From positions 1 to 63,256 of the forward strand of contig JALVQI010000218.1 in assembly GCA_027031485.1 (NCBI GenBank): 63,256 nucleotides of DNA, in the 5' to 3' direction. Below are positions 18,141 through 27,822 of this stretch, piece after piece. The first letter of the stretch is position 1. The number at the start of each line of letters is the position of its first letter. Position numbers and translations under genes: made by a program. The notes below the pieces were generated by a model, which ran no database searches, was not told the origin of the DNA, and saw nothing but the letters and a program-made list of their open reading frames with translations. This DNA comes from Candidatus Aminicenantes bacterium. GTDB lineage: Bacteria; Acidobacteriota; Aminicenantia; JAMOAD01.

Positions 18141-19394
18141 ATGAAAAAACATTTTTATTTTATAATTTTTATTTTAATTTTAATGAGTTTTTCATGTAAG
18201 AATATTGATTCTAATGAGAACGATAATAATAAAGAAAATTCTCCTATCCCCACTGAGCTTGTCCAGCCTCAGGACATTGAATATCTGGGAGCTTTCAGAT
18301 TACCTGTTGAAGAGGAAGGGACCGTAAACAGCTGGGAGTGGGGAGGATTTGCATTAACTTACTATCCCAAAGGAGATAAAGACGGAGAGGATGACGGATT
18401 CCCGGGTTCGCTGTTTGGGACAGGTCACGCATGGGAGTACAGATTTTCGGAGATAAACATCCCGAAACCTGTTATATCCAGGAACAAGAAAATATCAGAA
18501 CTAAACAGAGCGAAAACCCTTCAAGGTTTTAGGGATATTTTAAATATTTCAGATTATGAAATATTAAGAGTGGGGATTCAGTATCTCCCGGCTCAGGGTG
18601 GTCAAAGCAAGGGAAAACTTTATTTTTGTTTCGGCCAGCATTTTCAGGAGCCCCAGGATTTGACCCACGGCTGGTGTGAGCTTGATTTGAAAAATCCCAA
18701 AAAGAGAGGTTACTGGTATATTGATACATCTCATCACGAGTATAATACCAATGATTATATGTTTGAGATTCCCAAAAATTGGGCTGATAAATACGCTGAA
18801 GGTTATTATCTTGCCACCGGAAGATTCAGAGACGGAGGTTGGTCGGGACAGGGTCCCTCTCTATTTGCAATAGCCCCCTGGAAACAAGGGAATCCACCCC
18901 CGAACGGAACAAAGCTCAAATATAAAACCCTTCTGAAATACACATCCACAGAGGACTATGATCAACCCCAGCATACAATGAATGATTATCAAAATTCTGA
19001 CGAATGGCAGGGCGGAGTATGGCTTACAAAAGGAAACAAAGCAGCGGTTATTTTTGTAGGCACTAAAGGGAAAGGAGAGTGCTGGTATGGCAATGAAAAT
19101 GGTCCCTGCCTTAATTGTGATAACAGGGGATGGTGGTCAACTAAGTTTGAAGGGCAGATAATATTTTACGATCCTTCTGATTTTGTTAAAGTCTTAAAGG
19201 GGGAATTAAAAGAGTATGAACCTCAGCCATATGCTAAATTAAATATAGATAAATATCTGTATCATATTCATTCGGAGCAACAGAAGGATCATCTTGGAGC
19301 TGTGGCATTTGACAGAGAAAGGGGATATCTCTATATTATGGAACCATATGTTGACAATGATAGACCTATTGTTCATGTATTTAAAATAAAGTGA
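18141..19394 (+). CDS. Hypothetical secreted protein and candidate lipoprotein. It is not a repeat-family member.
   Basis: The first ATG is at 18141 (MKKHFYFIIFILILMSFSC/KNIDSNEN, a relaxed lipobox). I recognise no family. The protein is W/G/Y-rich and globular-looking. There is no SD or promoter of its own, and it starts 8 nt after the terminator tail. Confidence 0.6.
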   Translation: MKKHFYFIIFILILMSFSCKNIDSNENDNNKENSPIPTELVQPQDIEYLGAFRLPVEEEGTVNSWEWGGFALTYYPKGDKDGEDDGFPGSLFGTGHAWEYRFSEINIPKPVISRNKKISELNRAKTLQGFRDILNISDYEILRVGIQYLPAQGGQSKGKLYFCFGQHFQEPQDLTHGWCELDLKNPKKRGYWYIDTSHHEYNTNDYMFEIPKNWADKYAEGYYLATGRFRDGGWSGQGPSLFAIAPWKQGNPPPNGTKLKYKTLLKYTSTEDYDQPQHTMNDYQNSDEWQGGVWLTKGNKAAVIFVGTKGKGECWYGNENGPCLNCDNRGWWSTKFEGQIIFYDPSDFVKVLKGELKEYEPQPYAKLNIDKYLYHIHSEQQKDHLGAVAFDRERGYLYIMEPYVDNDRPIVHVFKIK

Positions 19395-19447
19395 CATTTC
19401 AGTAATTTTCCCGTTTATCATAAGAAATTTGATAAAAGGGAAAAAGT

Positions 19448-19462
19448 TGGCATAAAAACTGA
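19448..19462 (+). promoter_or_regulatory. Weaker sigma-54 type promoter candidate for the 19509 gene
   Basis: TGGCATaaaaaCTGA, with the -12 G 48 nt from the ATG. Confidence 0.4.
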
Positions 19463-19508
19463 TAGCCATATATTTATTAAAATTTTAATTTAATAAAGGA
19501 GAAAAAGA

Positions 19509-20825
19509 ATGAAGAAAAAAGTTTTTTTGTTGTTTTTTGTTTTTATTTTTCTAACTACTCTTGTTTTTTCCGCAACAATTACTGTAACAAATCCTCACAG
19601 CGGACAGGTCTGGTATAAAGGCAAAACTTATACCATTACATGGGTAAAATCAGGAAGTATGAAAGAGATTGTTAAGCTCAGATTATTTAAAAAGGATGAT
19701 CAAGGGTTTAAATTAAGGATCACGGATTCAACGGAAAACGACGGAAGTTTTGAATGGACAGTACCTGCAACCGTTGCGGATGGTTCTTACTATATAAGGG
19801 TAAAGACAATAGACAATGCGGTCTATGATGATGGGGATCTATTTGAAATAAAAGATAAAAAATTTGATAACAATTCAGGAATAAATGGAAGCACTAATAA
19901 TATTGGTCTAAGAAGACCTCACTATTCAGTTTTAATGAAAATATCTATAATTAGTCCTTCAAAATCATCGGAATGGAAAGAAGGAAATACTATGAAAATT
20001 AGTTGGGATGATAAATATACAAAAGGGAAAAAGGTTAACATAGAATTATATGATTATACGGGGAAGAGATTAATTAAAACAATACAAAAAAATTGGCGGT
20101 TAGGGAATGCTTTCAAATGGACAATTCCTAAATTGGAAGATACTTCCACTCTGAACAGACAATTCAGAATTAAAATCACCACATCAGATAAAAGTGCGGA
20201 AGGAATGAGTGATAATTTTCATATATCCAGGAATATAGTTAAAAAAACTATTATAATTCCTTATGATGATATACAACCCAAGTGGAAAGGATTCAGACAG
20301 TTTAATATTCTTTGTAATCCCTCAAGATCGGATTATGTTTCATGGAAAGGTATAAAAGGTACTGCAATTGTAGGATATGAAAATTCTTATAGGGAATGGG
20401 GAGTAAGCTGCTTTTTCAAACAGCATGAATCGCTAAGATCATACATTCATTTTAATCTAAATCAATTGCCAAAAAACATAATGATAATTTCTGCTGTTTT
20501 AAATCTTGAAGTTGTAAAAGATGTTTATCTTGCTCCCGGCGAGGTTGCCCACCGCCCTACGGAGACAAGTTTGGGAAGAATAGTTGCCTTAACATCTCCT
20601 TTGACCAATGCCTTTTCTTTAAATGGAAATGATATTTATACGACAGATTATGATAATTTAAAAATAATTAAGGTTCCCATCACTAAAACTGTAATTAACT
20701 GGAGAAAAGGGAAAAACTATGGTCTTGTGCTTATTAGCAGAGATGAAGCTTTTCATAAAACAAAGGAGATAAACATTTTTTATTTCAAACCTTCGCTTAA
20801 AGTTGTTTATTTTGAGAGTGAATGA
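19509..20825 (+). CDS. Secreted repeat-family protein (member 11): signal peptide + 1 canonical and 1 divergent repeat + unique tail, possibly DNRLRE-like
   Basis: The signal peptide ends VFS/AT. The tail reads GYENSYREWG...SYIHFNLNQLPKNIMIISAVLNLEV...NWRKGKNYGLVLISRDE. This resembles DNRLRE-type secreted domains. That assignment is tentative. Confidence 0.75.
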   Translation: MKKKVFLLFFVFIFLTTLVFSATITVTNPHSGQVWYKGKTYTITWVKSGSMKEIVKLRLFKKDDQGFKLRITDSTENDGSFEWTVPATVADGSYYIRVKTIDNAVYDDGDLFEIKDKKFDNNSGINGSTNNIGLRRPHYSVLMKISIISPSKSSEWKEGNTMKISWDDKYTKGKKVNIELYDYTGKRLIKTIQKNWRLGNAFKWTIPKLEDTSTLNRQFRIKITTSDKSAEGMSDNFHISRNIVKKTIIIPYDDIQPKWKGFRQFNILCNPSRSDYVSWKGIKGTAIVGYENSYREWGVSCFFKQHESLRSYIHFNLNQLPKNIMIISAVLNLEVVKDVYLAPGEVAHRPTETSLGRIVALTSPLTNAFSLNGNDIYTTDYDNLKIIKVPITKTVINWRKGKNYGLVLISRDEAFHKTKEINIFYFKPSLKVVYFESE

Positions 20826-20922
20826 GCAAAATTTTATATTGAGTTTGAAATATTAATTATTTTAGAAAAGCTAAAATATGAATTTATATTTTCCTATTAT
20901 AATAGTTTAACTGTCCAATTCA

Positions 20923-20950
20923 ACAATTTTGTATGATGTTTCGACAAAAA
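20923..20950 (+). promoter_or_regulatory. ACAATTTTGT + TTCGACAAAAA elements; candidate activator site for the 21087 gene
   Basis: acaattttgtatgatgtttcgacaaaaa. The TTCGACA core is 79 bp upstream of the -24 element. Confidence 0.4.
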
Positions 20951-21017
20951 AGACGAAGCAACTGTCTTTTTTTTAACTCCATATAGGAAAATTCTTTTTT
21001 TTAAATAAAATCTATTC

Positions 21018-21032
21018 TGGTATAAAAATTGA
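21018..21032 (+). promoter_or_regulatory. Weaker sigma-54 type promoter candidate for the 21087 gene
   Basis: TGGTATaaaaaTTGA, with the -12 G 56 nt from the ATG. Confidence 0.4.
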
Positions 21033-21086
21033 AAGAATTTTTTACAATTGAAATTCAAGAAGTATGATTTAAAAGTGAGGTGTTAA

Positions 21087-23054
21087 ATGAAAAAAGGAAT
21101 TATGCTCTTTTTATTAATCTTTTTCGGATTAATTATTCTCTTATCAGCAGGAAATATTGGATTGATTGAACCTCATCAGAATGCTGTTTGGTGCAAAGGG
21201 CAAACTTATGAGATAGTGTGGATGGTTTTGGGAGATGTCTATCCTGTGAGTAAACTAAGACTTTACAATGCTTCAAACACTGTGAAAATTTTAAATATAA
21301 TCAACAAAGTTCCAACTCCTCAGGGTGTATTTCCATGGAAGGTTCCCTTTTCAATACCCGATGGTAAATATGTAATTAGAATAAAAACAATTAATAATAA
21401 AACATATGCGGTATCAAAGGTTTTTACAATTAAAAATTGTTCTGCCCCCGCTCCTTCACCCTCCCTATCCGGAAATATAAAAATAATTTCACCTGCCCCC
21501 AATGTGGAATGGACAAAAGGCAATACTTACAAAATCAGGTGGCAGTATAATATCAAGAAAGGCATTCCAATTAAAATCAGACTTCTTGATTCTATCACTA
21601 TGACAAAGGTGTTAGGTATTGTAGATTCGTACCCTGGAAATACAGGAAGTTTTGATTGGAAAATTCCCGATAACATTAAGGAAGGAATTTATAGAATCAG
21701 AGTTAAAACTATAGATAATAAGATTTGGGATGATTCTCAGGTGTTTAAAATCAAAAATGGTGTTGTAATTGCAGAATACAAACCGATAAAACTTGAAAAG
21801 CCTTACATCTTTTATTCCCCTAAAAGCACTGACACATGGAGACCGCTTCATAGTTATGAAGTGCATTTGGAATTTTATAGAAATAAGGTGGCATCATTAG
21901 GATGGGGAATAATGTCCGTTTACTCCAAATTAAGATTTAAAATTGTTTCTGTTGATAACCCTAAAGTCAAGCCCCTTATAATTGCTGAACAAAATTATAA
22001 TTCCCCCTACAAACAAGTTCAGAATATTGCTCCTCCGGGAGAGCGTGAAAAAATGAAACATATTTATCATTTTGTATGGTATTTTAAAGGCTCATATAAT
22101 CTTCCCACAGGAAAATATAAAGTAGTTTTTCAATCTTTGGAAAAACCTTCCCTGACAATGGAGAGTGATGTCTTTCACATTGTAAACAATCTTCCTTCAG
22201 GAGGTGGATATTTGGATATTCCCGGGGTCGGAGATGTTAAAATAAATGGTATGTATTTTGATAATGCTACAAAAAATGTATATGTTAGTATAACAAACAA
22301 CAATTATCCTCTATCAGATTTCTACCTTAATTACGTATTGTGTACTACTGAGGGGGGAACAAAATCTCAATCTTTTAAGTGCGAGAATAGAAGCAAATCA
22401 GGGTTTGTTAAGAATATAAAAGTACCACAGTATCAAACTGTTAAAGTCCCTGTAATAAAGAATTTTCAATGTTTTAATAATAAACCACCCGCTTCATGTG
22501 TTAATCCATCCCCTTTTCCAAGACCTATTTGGTTTTCAGCTTCACTTATGTCAAACAAAACAAATGAAGAAGCTGCTTCCATAAGTGGGTTTCTGTGTAA
22601 AACCCTAAAACCTGACATACGGGTTAGGGATGTTCTCTTCTTAGAAAAGAAGAACGGAGGTTCCTTCTGGCTTAAATACAATACTTACAACGAAGTTCCT
22701 AAATATTTGTTCAAAAATACATCCGCCTACATAGAAGCTCCTATACAGGTGGACATTGAAAATTGGGGTTGTACTAAGAGAACTTTCTATATAGATCTTT
22801 ATGTTGAGGATGGTCCTTATTTGAATGAGAAAAAGGGTATCAGATTGGGCTCTATGACCTTAGGACCTGGAGAAACCGGTTATTTTAAATCTTCTCCTGT
22901 TAAAATATCAATTCCAATGGATGGAAAGTTTCATAAATTGGTTTTAATCGCTGATCAGGAAGAAGCCGGAAATGAAGGCTATATGCAATCCTATCTGAAT
23001 AACATTATAGTAACCTTTGTCAAAATTGTCCCTGAAAATAACAGATTATGGTAA
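21087..23054 (+). CDS. Secreted repeat-family protein (member 12, the most divergent): signal peptide + 2 divergent repeats + long unique tail
   Basis: The repeats read IEPHQNAVWCKGQTYEIVW...GKYVIRIKTINNKTY and ISPAPNVEWTKGNTYKIRW...GIYRIRVKTIDNKIWDDS. The remaining ~430 aa match nothing I recognise. Confidence 0.8.
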   Translation: MKKGIMLFLLIFFGLIILLSAGNIGLIEPHQNAVWCKGQTYEIVWMVLGDVYPVSKLRLYNASNTVKILNIINKVPTPQGVFPWKVPFSIPDGKYVIRIKTINNKTYAVSKVFTIKNCSAPAPSPSLSGNIKIISPAPNVEWTKGNTYKIRWQYNIKKGIPIKIRLLDSITMTKVLGIVDSYPGNTGSFDWKIPDNIKEGIYRIRVKTIDNKIWDDSQVFKIKNGVVIAEYKPIKLEKPYIFYSPKSTDTWRPLHSYEVHLEFYRNKVASLGWGIMSVYSKLRFKIVSVDNPKVKPLIIAEQNYNSPYKQVQNIAPPGEREKMKHIYHFVWYFKGSYNLPTGKYKVVFQSLEKPSLTMESDVFHIVNNLPSGGGYLDIPGVGDVKINGMYFDNATKNVYVSITNNNYPLSDFYLNYVLCTTEGGTKSQSFKCENRSKSGFVKNIKVPQYQTVKVPVIKNFQCFNNKPPASCVNPSPFPRPIWFSASLMSNKTNEEAASISGFLCKTLKPDIRVRDVLFLEKKNGGSFWLKYNTYNEVPKYLFKNTSAYIEAPIQVDIENWGCTKRTFYIDLYVEDGPYLNEKKGIRLGSMTLGPGETGYFKSSPVKISIPMDGKFHKLVLIADQEEAGNEGYMQSYLNNIIVTFVKIVPENNRLW

Positions 23055-23242
23055 ATTTCCGTTAAACAGATATAAACATTTCCTTAACTATATAAGCTTA
23101 TTTCAAAATAAGAAGAGAGAATTAATAAATAAGTTCAGAACTTTCACTCTTTAATGTAAAGGAAGGACACTAAATTCTTTTTAAATTTTATTAAATAACT
23201 TATATTTAAAAACCTATTTAAAAATTGAAAATTATCTTAATT

Positions 23243-23276
23243 TTGACAATTTCGTAGGGTATTGCAACAATTTTGT
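23243..23276 (+). promoter_or_regulatory. TTGACAATTTCG...ACAATTTTGT elements; candidate activator site for the 23388 gene
   Basis: ttgacaatttcgtagggtattgcaacaattttgtt, 60-90 bp upstream of the -24 element. Confidence 0.35.
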
Positions 23277-23333
23277 TATATGTTTTTAAAGGTATAACCT
23301 AAAGATAAGTTTATTCTTTTTGATGTATGAAAA

Positions 23334-23348
23334 TGGCACGATTTTTGA
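23334..23348 (+). promoter_or_regulatory. Sigma-54 type -24/-12 promoter candidate for the 23388 gene
   Basis: TGGCACgatttTTGA, with the -12 G 41 nt from the ATG. Confidence 0.6.
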
Positions 23349-23387
23349 TGGGTAATAATGCTGAAAAATTTTTAAGGAGGTTAAAAG

Positions 23388-24884
23388 ATGAAGAAAGTTT
23401 TAATGGTTTTTTTAATCGCAATGTTCATTGTTGCTTTTGCTTATTCACAAAGTATCACAGTCACGAATCCTCACTCCGGACAGACATGGTATAAGGGGAA
23501 TACTTATACAATCACCTGGACAAAGTCAGGTTCTATGAATGCAAATGTAAAAATCAGATTGTACCAGGGGGGAGTAAAAATTCTTAGTATCACAAATTCT
23601 ACACCTAACAATGGAAGTTACTCCTGGCCAGTTCCTAACAGTTTGCCATCCGGAACTTATAAGATAAGGGTGAAAACAATAGATAATGCAGTCTATGATG
23701 ATAGTGAAGTTTTTGAAATAGCAAATCCTCTTCCTTCTGGCGGTTCAATTTCTATAACCCATCCTGCTGCGGGTGAATGCTGGGAAAAAGGTTCAACTCA
23801 TACAATCACCTGGACAAAATCAGGTTCTATGAATGCAAATGTAAAAATCAGATTGTTTCAAAGTAGCACAAAAGTTCTTAATATTACAAATTCTACACCT
23901 AACAATGGAAGTTACCCCTGGACAGTTCCCACAACTTTATCCGATGGAACCTACTATATTAGGGTGAAGACAATTGATAATGCTGTGTTTGATAATGGTG
24001 GTTATTTTTATATCAAAAGCAGCTGTGATGAAGGGAGCGGTCCTTCTTTTGACCTGGGAAGATTTACTGCTGCTTTAGATCCTGTTGAACTGGCTATATT
24101 AATGCATGGCCCCGGCCCTATTTCCATAGGGGGAATTGGCAGTATGAAAGAGGTTCTTGAAAAACAAGGTGTTAAAATCCCTATAAGAGTAACACTTATG
24201 AGAGGCAGGGAAGTTGTTCAGGATTTCGGAGTTTTTAAACCTGTATTAAAAAGAGGAAGAGTCTTTTTTAATTCTATGCCGGCAACATTCAGTTTAAAAC
24301 TTACTCCGAAAATGAAAGAGATTATTGGTACACATCCGGAAGAGTTCAGGCTTGTTATAATGTCAAAAGGTGAGGTTTTAGCAGAGAAACCTCTTAAACT
24401 TCAGGAAAGAAGGAGAACCATTGACTCAAGACTGACCACTATTAATCCCAAAATAATAAAAAATATCAGGGTTGTCGGATGCCCTGATCCTGCCGTTGTA
24501 GATATTAAATTTTCCATTGTGCAAAGATATTCACAGTTTAGAGGTAAAGTTAGGATAACAGGAGTGGTAAAGAATGTAGGAAAAGCTGATTATATAAGTA
24601 AGCCCGGTCGTCAATCAATTGTTTTGGATGCGGGCGATGCCGCTCATCCTCTAAAAACAATACCGTTTACGAACTTAAAAAGCGGGCAATCCATAACTAT
24701 TTCTTATGAGCTTAATTGGGATTCTGCCTCTCCGAATGAAGGAGAATTTCCCCCCACTTATAGAGTTTATATTGTCTATGATCCTGATATTACAATGGAT
24801 TCAATAAAAACAAACGATGATTGCAATGTTAATAATAACAGTATGACAAAAAGCGGAAAAGCTATTAACGATATGCTGAAATAG
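23388..24884 (+). CDS. Secreted repeat-family protein (member 13): signal peptide + 2 repeats + type D middle module + CARDB-like end
   Basis: The signal peptide ends AYS/QS. The middle module reads LAILMHGPGP...GVFKPVLKRGRVFFN. The end reads DPDITMDSIKTNDDCNVNNN. Confidence 0.85.
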   Translation: MKKVLMVFLIAMFIVAFAYSQSITVTNPHSGQTWYKGNTYTITWTKSGSMNANVKIRLYQGGVKILSITNSTPNNGSYSWPVPNSLPSGTYKIRVKTIDNAVYDDSEVFEIANPLPSGGSISITHPAAGECWEKGSTHTITWTKSGSMNANVKIRLFQSSTKVLNITNSTPNNGSYPWTVPTTLSDGTYYIRVKTIDNAVFDNGGYFYIKSSCDEGSGPSFDLGRFTAALDPVELAILMHGPGPISIGGIGSMKEVLEKQGVKIPIRVTLMRGREVVQDFGVFKPVLKRGRVFFNSMPATFSLKLTPKMKEIIGTHPEEFRLVIMSKGEVLAEKPLKLQERRRTIDSRLTTINPKIIKNIRVVGCPDPAVVDIKFSIVQRYSQFRGKVRITGVVKNVGKADYISKPGRQSIVLDAGDAAHPLKTIPFTNLKSGQSITISYELNWDSASPNEGEFPPTYRVYIVYDPDITMDSIKTNDDCNVNNNSMTKSGKAINDMLK

Positions 24885-24909
24885 CACAAATCTTTCCTCA
24901 TAATCGTGG

Positions 24910-24946
24910 AAGCCGCCTCTTTTTTAAAGAGGCGGCTTTTTTATTT
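24910..24946 (+). terminator. Rho-independent terminator after the 23388 gene
   Basis: AAGCCGCCTCTTT-ttt-AAAGAGGCGGCTT followed by TTTTATTTT. Confidence 0.85.
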
Positions 24947-24976
24947 TAATTGTATAAATTTTTACAGGTATGTAAT

Positions 24977-24997
24977 TTTCGTCGACGAAATTGTCAG
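24977..24997 (+). promoter_or_regulatory. 14-bp perfect palindrome TTTCGTCGACGAAA + TTGTCAG; candidate activator site for the 25123 gene
   Basis: It lies 94 bp upstream of the -24 element. Confidence 0.45.
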
Positions 24998-25070
24998 TAA
25001 TTTTAGGTATAAAGAAAATTATTTCAGCTCTTTAATAAAAAATATCAAATCTCTTAGAAAAAAATAAGTT

Positions 25071-25085
25071 TGGCACGTTTTTTGA
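25071..25085 (+). promoter_or_regulatory. Sigma-54 type -24/-12 promoter candidate for the 25123 gene
   Basis: TGGCACgttttTTGA, with the -12 G 39 nt from the ATG. Confidence 0.6.
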
Positions 25086-25122
25086 TAAATAAGAATATTG
25101 AAAATTTTTAGGAGGTTAAAAG

Positions 25123-26373
25123 ATGAAAAAAATCTTTATGTTTTTATTATTTGCAATGTTTATTGTTGCGATAGGTTATTCGCAAAGTATCACAATAACA
25201 AGTCCCCATTCGGGAAATTGCTGGGAAAAAGGTAAAACTTACACAATCACCTGGACAAAGAGCGGAACTATGAATGCGAATGTAAAAATCAGGTTATATC
25301 AGGGAGGTACGAAGATATTATCCATAACTGATTCAACACCTAACAATGGAAGTTACGGCTGGACAGTACCTGCAACTGTTGCGGATGGTTCTTACTATAT
25401 AAGGGTGAAAACAACAGATAATGCAGTCTATGATGATAGTGACACTTTTCAAATTAAAACCTCATGCTCTTCGGGTAGTAGCTATCCTTTCTTAAATCTG
25501 AAGAAATATCTTGCAGGAATGAATCTGGGGGAACTTGCGGTTTATATGCATGGTCCGGGTCCTCGGATAAGAAATTTTGATAAAATAAAGAATCTTTTTG
25601 AAAAAGCAAATTTCAAAGAGCCTGTTACTATAAAGCTTTTTAAAGGAAGGACAGAAATTACCAATCTCGGAACATTTAGGCCGGAGATAAGAAATGGAAG
25701 AGTGAATTTTAATACGGTGCCCTCTATCTTAAATGTGAATCTTAATTCAAAACAGAAAGAGATGATGATTGAAAATCCAGAAAATTGTTTTCTTGTTTTC
25801 TTTTCTAAAAGTAAGATTATCGGCAGGACAAGAGTGAAAGTAAAACTTGACAATGGTAGACTTAGTAAAATTCCAAAATTTTCCCCTAAAACTTTTACTC
25901 GTTCTTCGGATCTTGCTGCGGTTAAATTAAGTTTAACAATATATCGTAGTTATCGAACAATAAATTCTAAAACTTATATAAGAATGGAAGCTCAGGCGAT
26001 AATTCAAAATATTGGAAAGAATAATTTTAGAGATTATACAGGGAAATCCTGGATCTATCTGAATTTGGCTACTATGAATGATTCTTACCCTCTGGAGAAT
26101 TTTAAGATTACTTCTTTAAGTGTAAAAGAGAAAAAAGTTGTTACTAAAAAATTTTGGTATCCCGTTGATGGTTATGGTTTTTTTTATCAGGAAGAAATAG
26201 ATAGCGGTGACGCCACTGAAGTTGATAACTATGAAGGAGTTGAGGTTATTATAAGTTCTCCCTTTGATACAAATAGAAACAATAACACTAAATTCATTAA
26301 TAACCTTAAAGTCATGAATTTAATTAAAGATTTTCTAAAAACTTCTAACTTTTCAAAAACAATAACAGAATAA
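25123..26373 (+). CDS. Secreted repeat-family protein (member 14): signal peptide + 1 repeat + type D middle module + CARDB-like end
   Basis: The middle module reads LAVYMHGPGP...GTFRPEIRNGRVNFN. The end reads DLAAVKLSLTIYR...IQNIGKNNF...WYPVDG...DTNRNNNT and is shared with the 26571 gene. Confidence 0.85.
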   Translation: MKKIFMFLLFAMFIVAIGYSQSITITSPHSGNCWEKGKTYTITWTKSGTMNANVKIRLYQGGTKILSITDSTPNNGSYGWTVPATVADGSYYIRVKTTDNAVYDDSDTFQIKTSCSSGSSYPFLNLKKYLAGMNLGELAVYMHGPGPRIRNFDKIKNLFEKANFKEPVTIKLFKGRTEITNLGTFRPEIRNGRVNFNTVPSILNVNLNSKQKEMMIENPENCFLVFFSKSKIIGRTRVKVKLDNGRLSKIPKFSPKTFTRSSDLAAVKLSLTIYRSYRTINSKTYIRMEAQAIIQNIGKNNFRDYTGKSWIYLNLATMNDSYPLENFKITSLSVKEKKVVTKKFWYPVDGYGFFYQEEIDSGDATEVDNYEGVEVIISSPFDTNRNNNTKFINNLKVMNLIKDFLKTSNFSKTITE

Positions 26374-26524
26374 GTTTGATATGAATTTTGTAAATTATTG
26401 TAAAGAAATGAAAGATCGTTTTAGGAAGAGGAAAAGAATGATTTAGTTTACCAATTAAGAAAAAAGAGAAGAAGATGTTTTTTCTCTTTTTTTTTGTTTT
26501 GCCTATAAAAAATATTCGACAGAA

Positions 26525-26539
26525 TGGAACGAAATTTGC
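26525..26539 (+). promoter_or_regulatory. Sigma-54 type -24/-12 promoter candidate (closest to consensus) for the 26571 gene
   Basis: TGGAACgaaatTTGCA, with the -12 G 33 nt from the ATG. A TTCGACAG sits immediately upstream at 26515-26522. Confidence 0.6.
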
Positions 26540-26570
26540 AGGTTCTTTTAATAAGAAAAGGAGGTAAAAA

Positions 26571-27419
26571 ATGAAGAAAAGACTTTTAATGTTTTTTTTA
26601 ATCGCAATATTTATTATTACTTTGGGTTATTCGCAGAGCATCACGGTAACGAATCCTCATTCGGGAGATACCTGGTATAAGGGAAAAACTTACGAGATAA
26701 GATGGACAAAAAGCGGAAACATGAATGCAAATGTTAAAATCAGATTAATGCGGGGTGGCACGAAGATACTCGCTATAACAGATTCAACGGCAAATAATGG
26801 AACCTATAAGTGGACAATTCCAATTTCGCTTCCGAACGGTCAATACAGGATAAGAGTGAAAACTATAGATAATGCAGTTTTTGCGGAAAGCGAAGTTTTT
26901 ACCATTAAAGTTAGGTTTGAAATGGCTAAAAGGAATATTTCTTCACAGCTCACCTTATTAAAAACTCCTCTCCGGATTAAATCTCCGGATCTTGCTATAG
27001 TAAAAACAAGCCTTACTATTTATCGTGATTTTAAGTGGTCGCACAATATAAGATATATAAGAATAGAATTTAAGGGGCTCATTCAGAATGTTGGGACAAA
27101 AAATTATGTGGATAACTCAGGAAAACCTTGTATATTTCTATACTTGTCAACAATGTGGATGGATTATCCGGAAGAGGAGTTTAGGCTTCCTTCTTTAAAA
27201 GTGCATGAAAGGAGAATTTTTTCTCACACAATTTGGTATCCAGTAGATGGATTTATGATTGGAGGAGAATATTTTTACAAGGGTGTTCTCTTTCGTATAG
27301 AAACTGATAAAGAGATAAACAAAACAAATAATTACAAAGAATTTTATGTTAATGAAGTTAAAACTTTTATAGAGGATTTTCTAAATTCAAGTGCAAATGT
27401 AAGAACAATAAATAAATAG
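26571..27419 (+). CDS. Secreted repeat-family protein (member 15, short): signal peptide + 1 repeat + CARDB-like end
   Basis: The signal peptide ends GYS/QS. The tail reads PDLAIVKTSLTIYR...IQNVGTKNY...WYPVDG...ETDKEINKTNN. Confidence 0.85.
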   Translation: MKKRLLMFFLIAIFIITLGYSQSITVTNPHSGDTWYKGKTYEIRWTKSGNMNANVKIRLMRGGTKILAITDSTANNGTYKWTIPISLPNGQYRIRVKTIDNAVFAESEVFTIKVRFEMAKRNISSQLTLLKTPLRIKSPDLAIVKTSLTIYRDFKWSHNIRYIRIEFKGLIQNVGTKNYVDNSGKPCIFLYLSTMWMDYPEEEFRLPSLKVHERRIFSHTIWYPVDGFMIGGEYFYKGVLFRIETDKEINKTNNYKEFYVNEVKTFIEDFLNSSANVRTINK

Positions 27420-27514
27420 GCCCTTTTACATAATTATTGATGGGTGTATTCTTTTAGTTAAATTTTATTGTTTCTTTTCTCAAATGCATTAATTCATACA
27501 TAAGTCATGAGGTA

Positions 27515-27760
27515 TGATCCAGGGGATTGACGATTTAAAAGAGCTTCTTGAAAAAAGCTTTAAATGTCTATAAGAATAAGGTTAGTGGAGAAAAAGCTCA
27601 TTTTAAATTTCAGGGAACTTATCAAAATAGAGCTGAGCATACTGGATAAAAATTATTTTGATTGTTATAAAACCTGTAACATTAAAAAGATTGCATAAAC
27701 CTGATATTTATTGTGCCTGTGAAAAAGTCAGGAATGAGTGACTCTTTTATAAATAAATCT
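27515..27760 (+). pseudogene. Probable decayed relic of a type D middle module
   Basis: Across shifted frames it reads MIQGIDDLKELLEKSFK...KVSGEKAHFKFQGTYQNRAEH...KNYFD. The intact modules read GGIGSMKEVLEKQGVK...GREVVQDFGVFKPVLKRGRVFFN and FEKANFKEP...GRTEITNLGTFRPEIRNGRVNFN. There are multiple stops. Confidence 0.4.
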
Positions 27761-27822
27761 GTTTTAAATATTAAAAAGAAAGTCCTTTCTTCTGATTGAA
27801 AATGATACAAGTTTCGTAAAAA

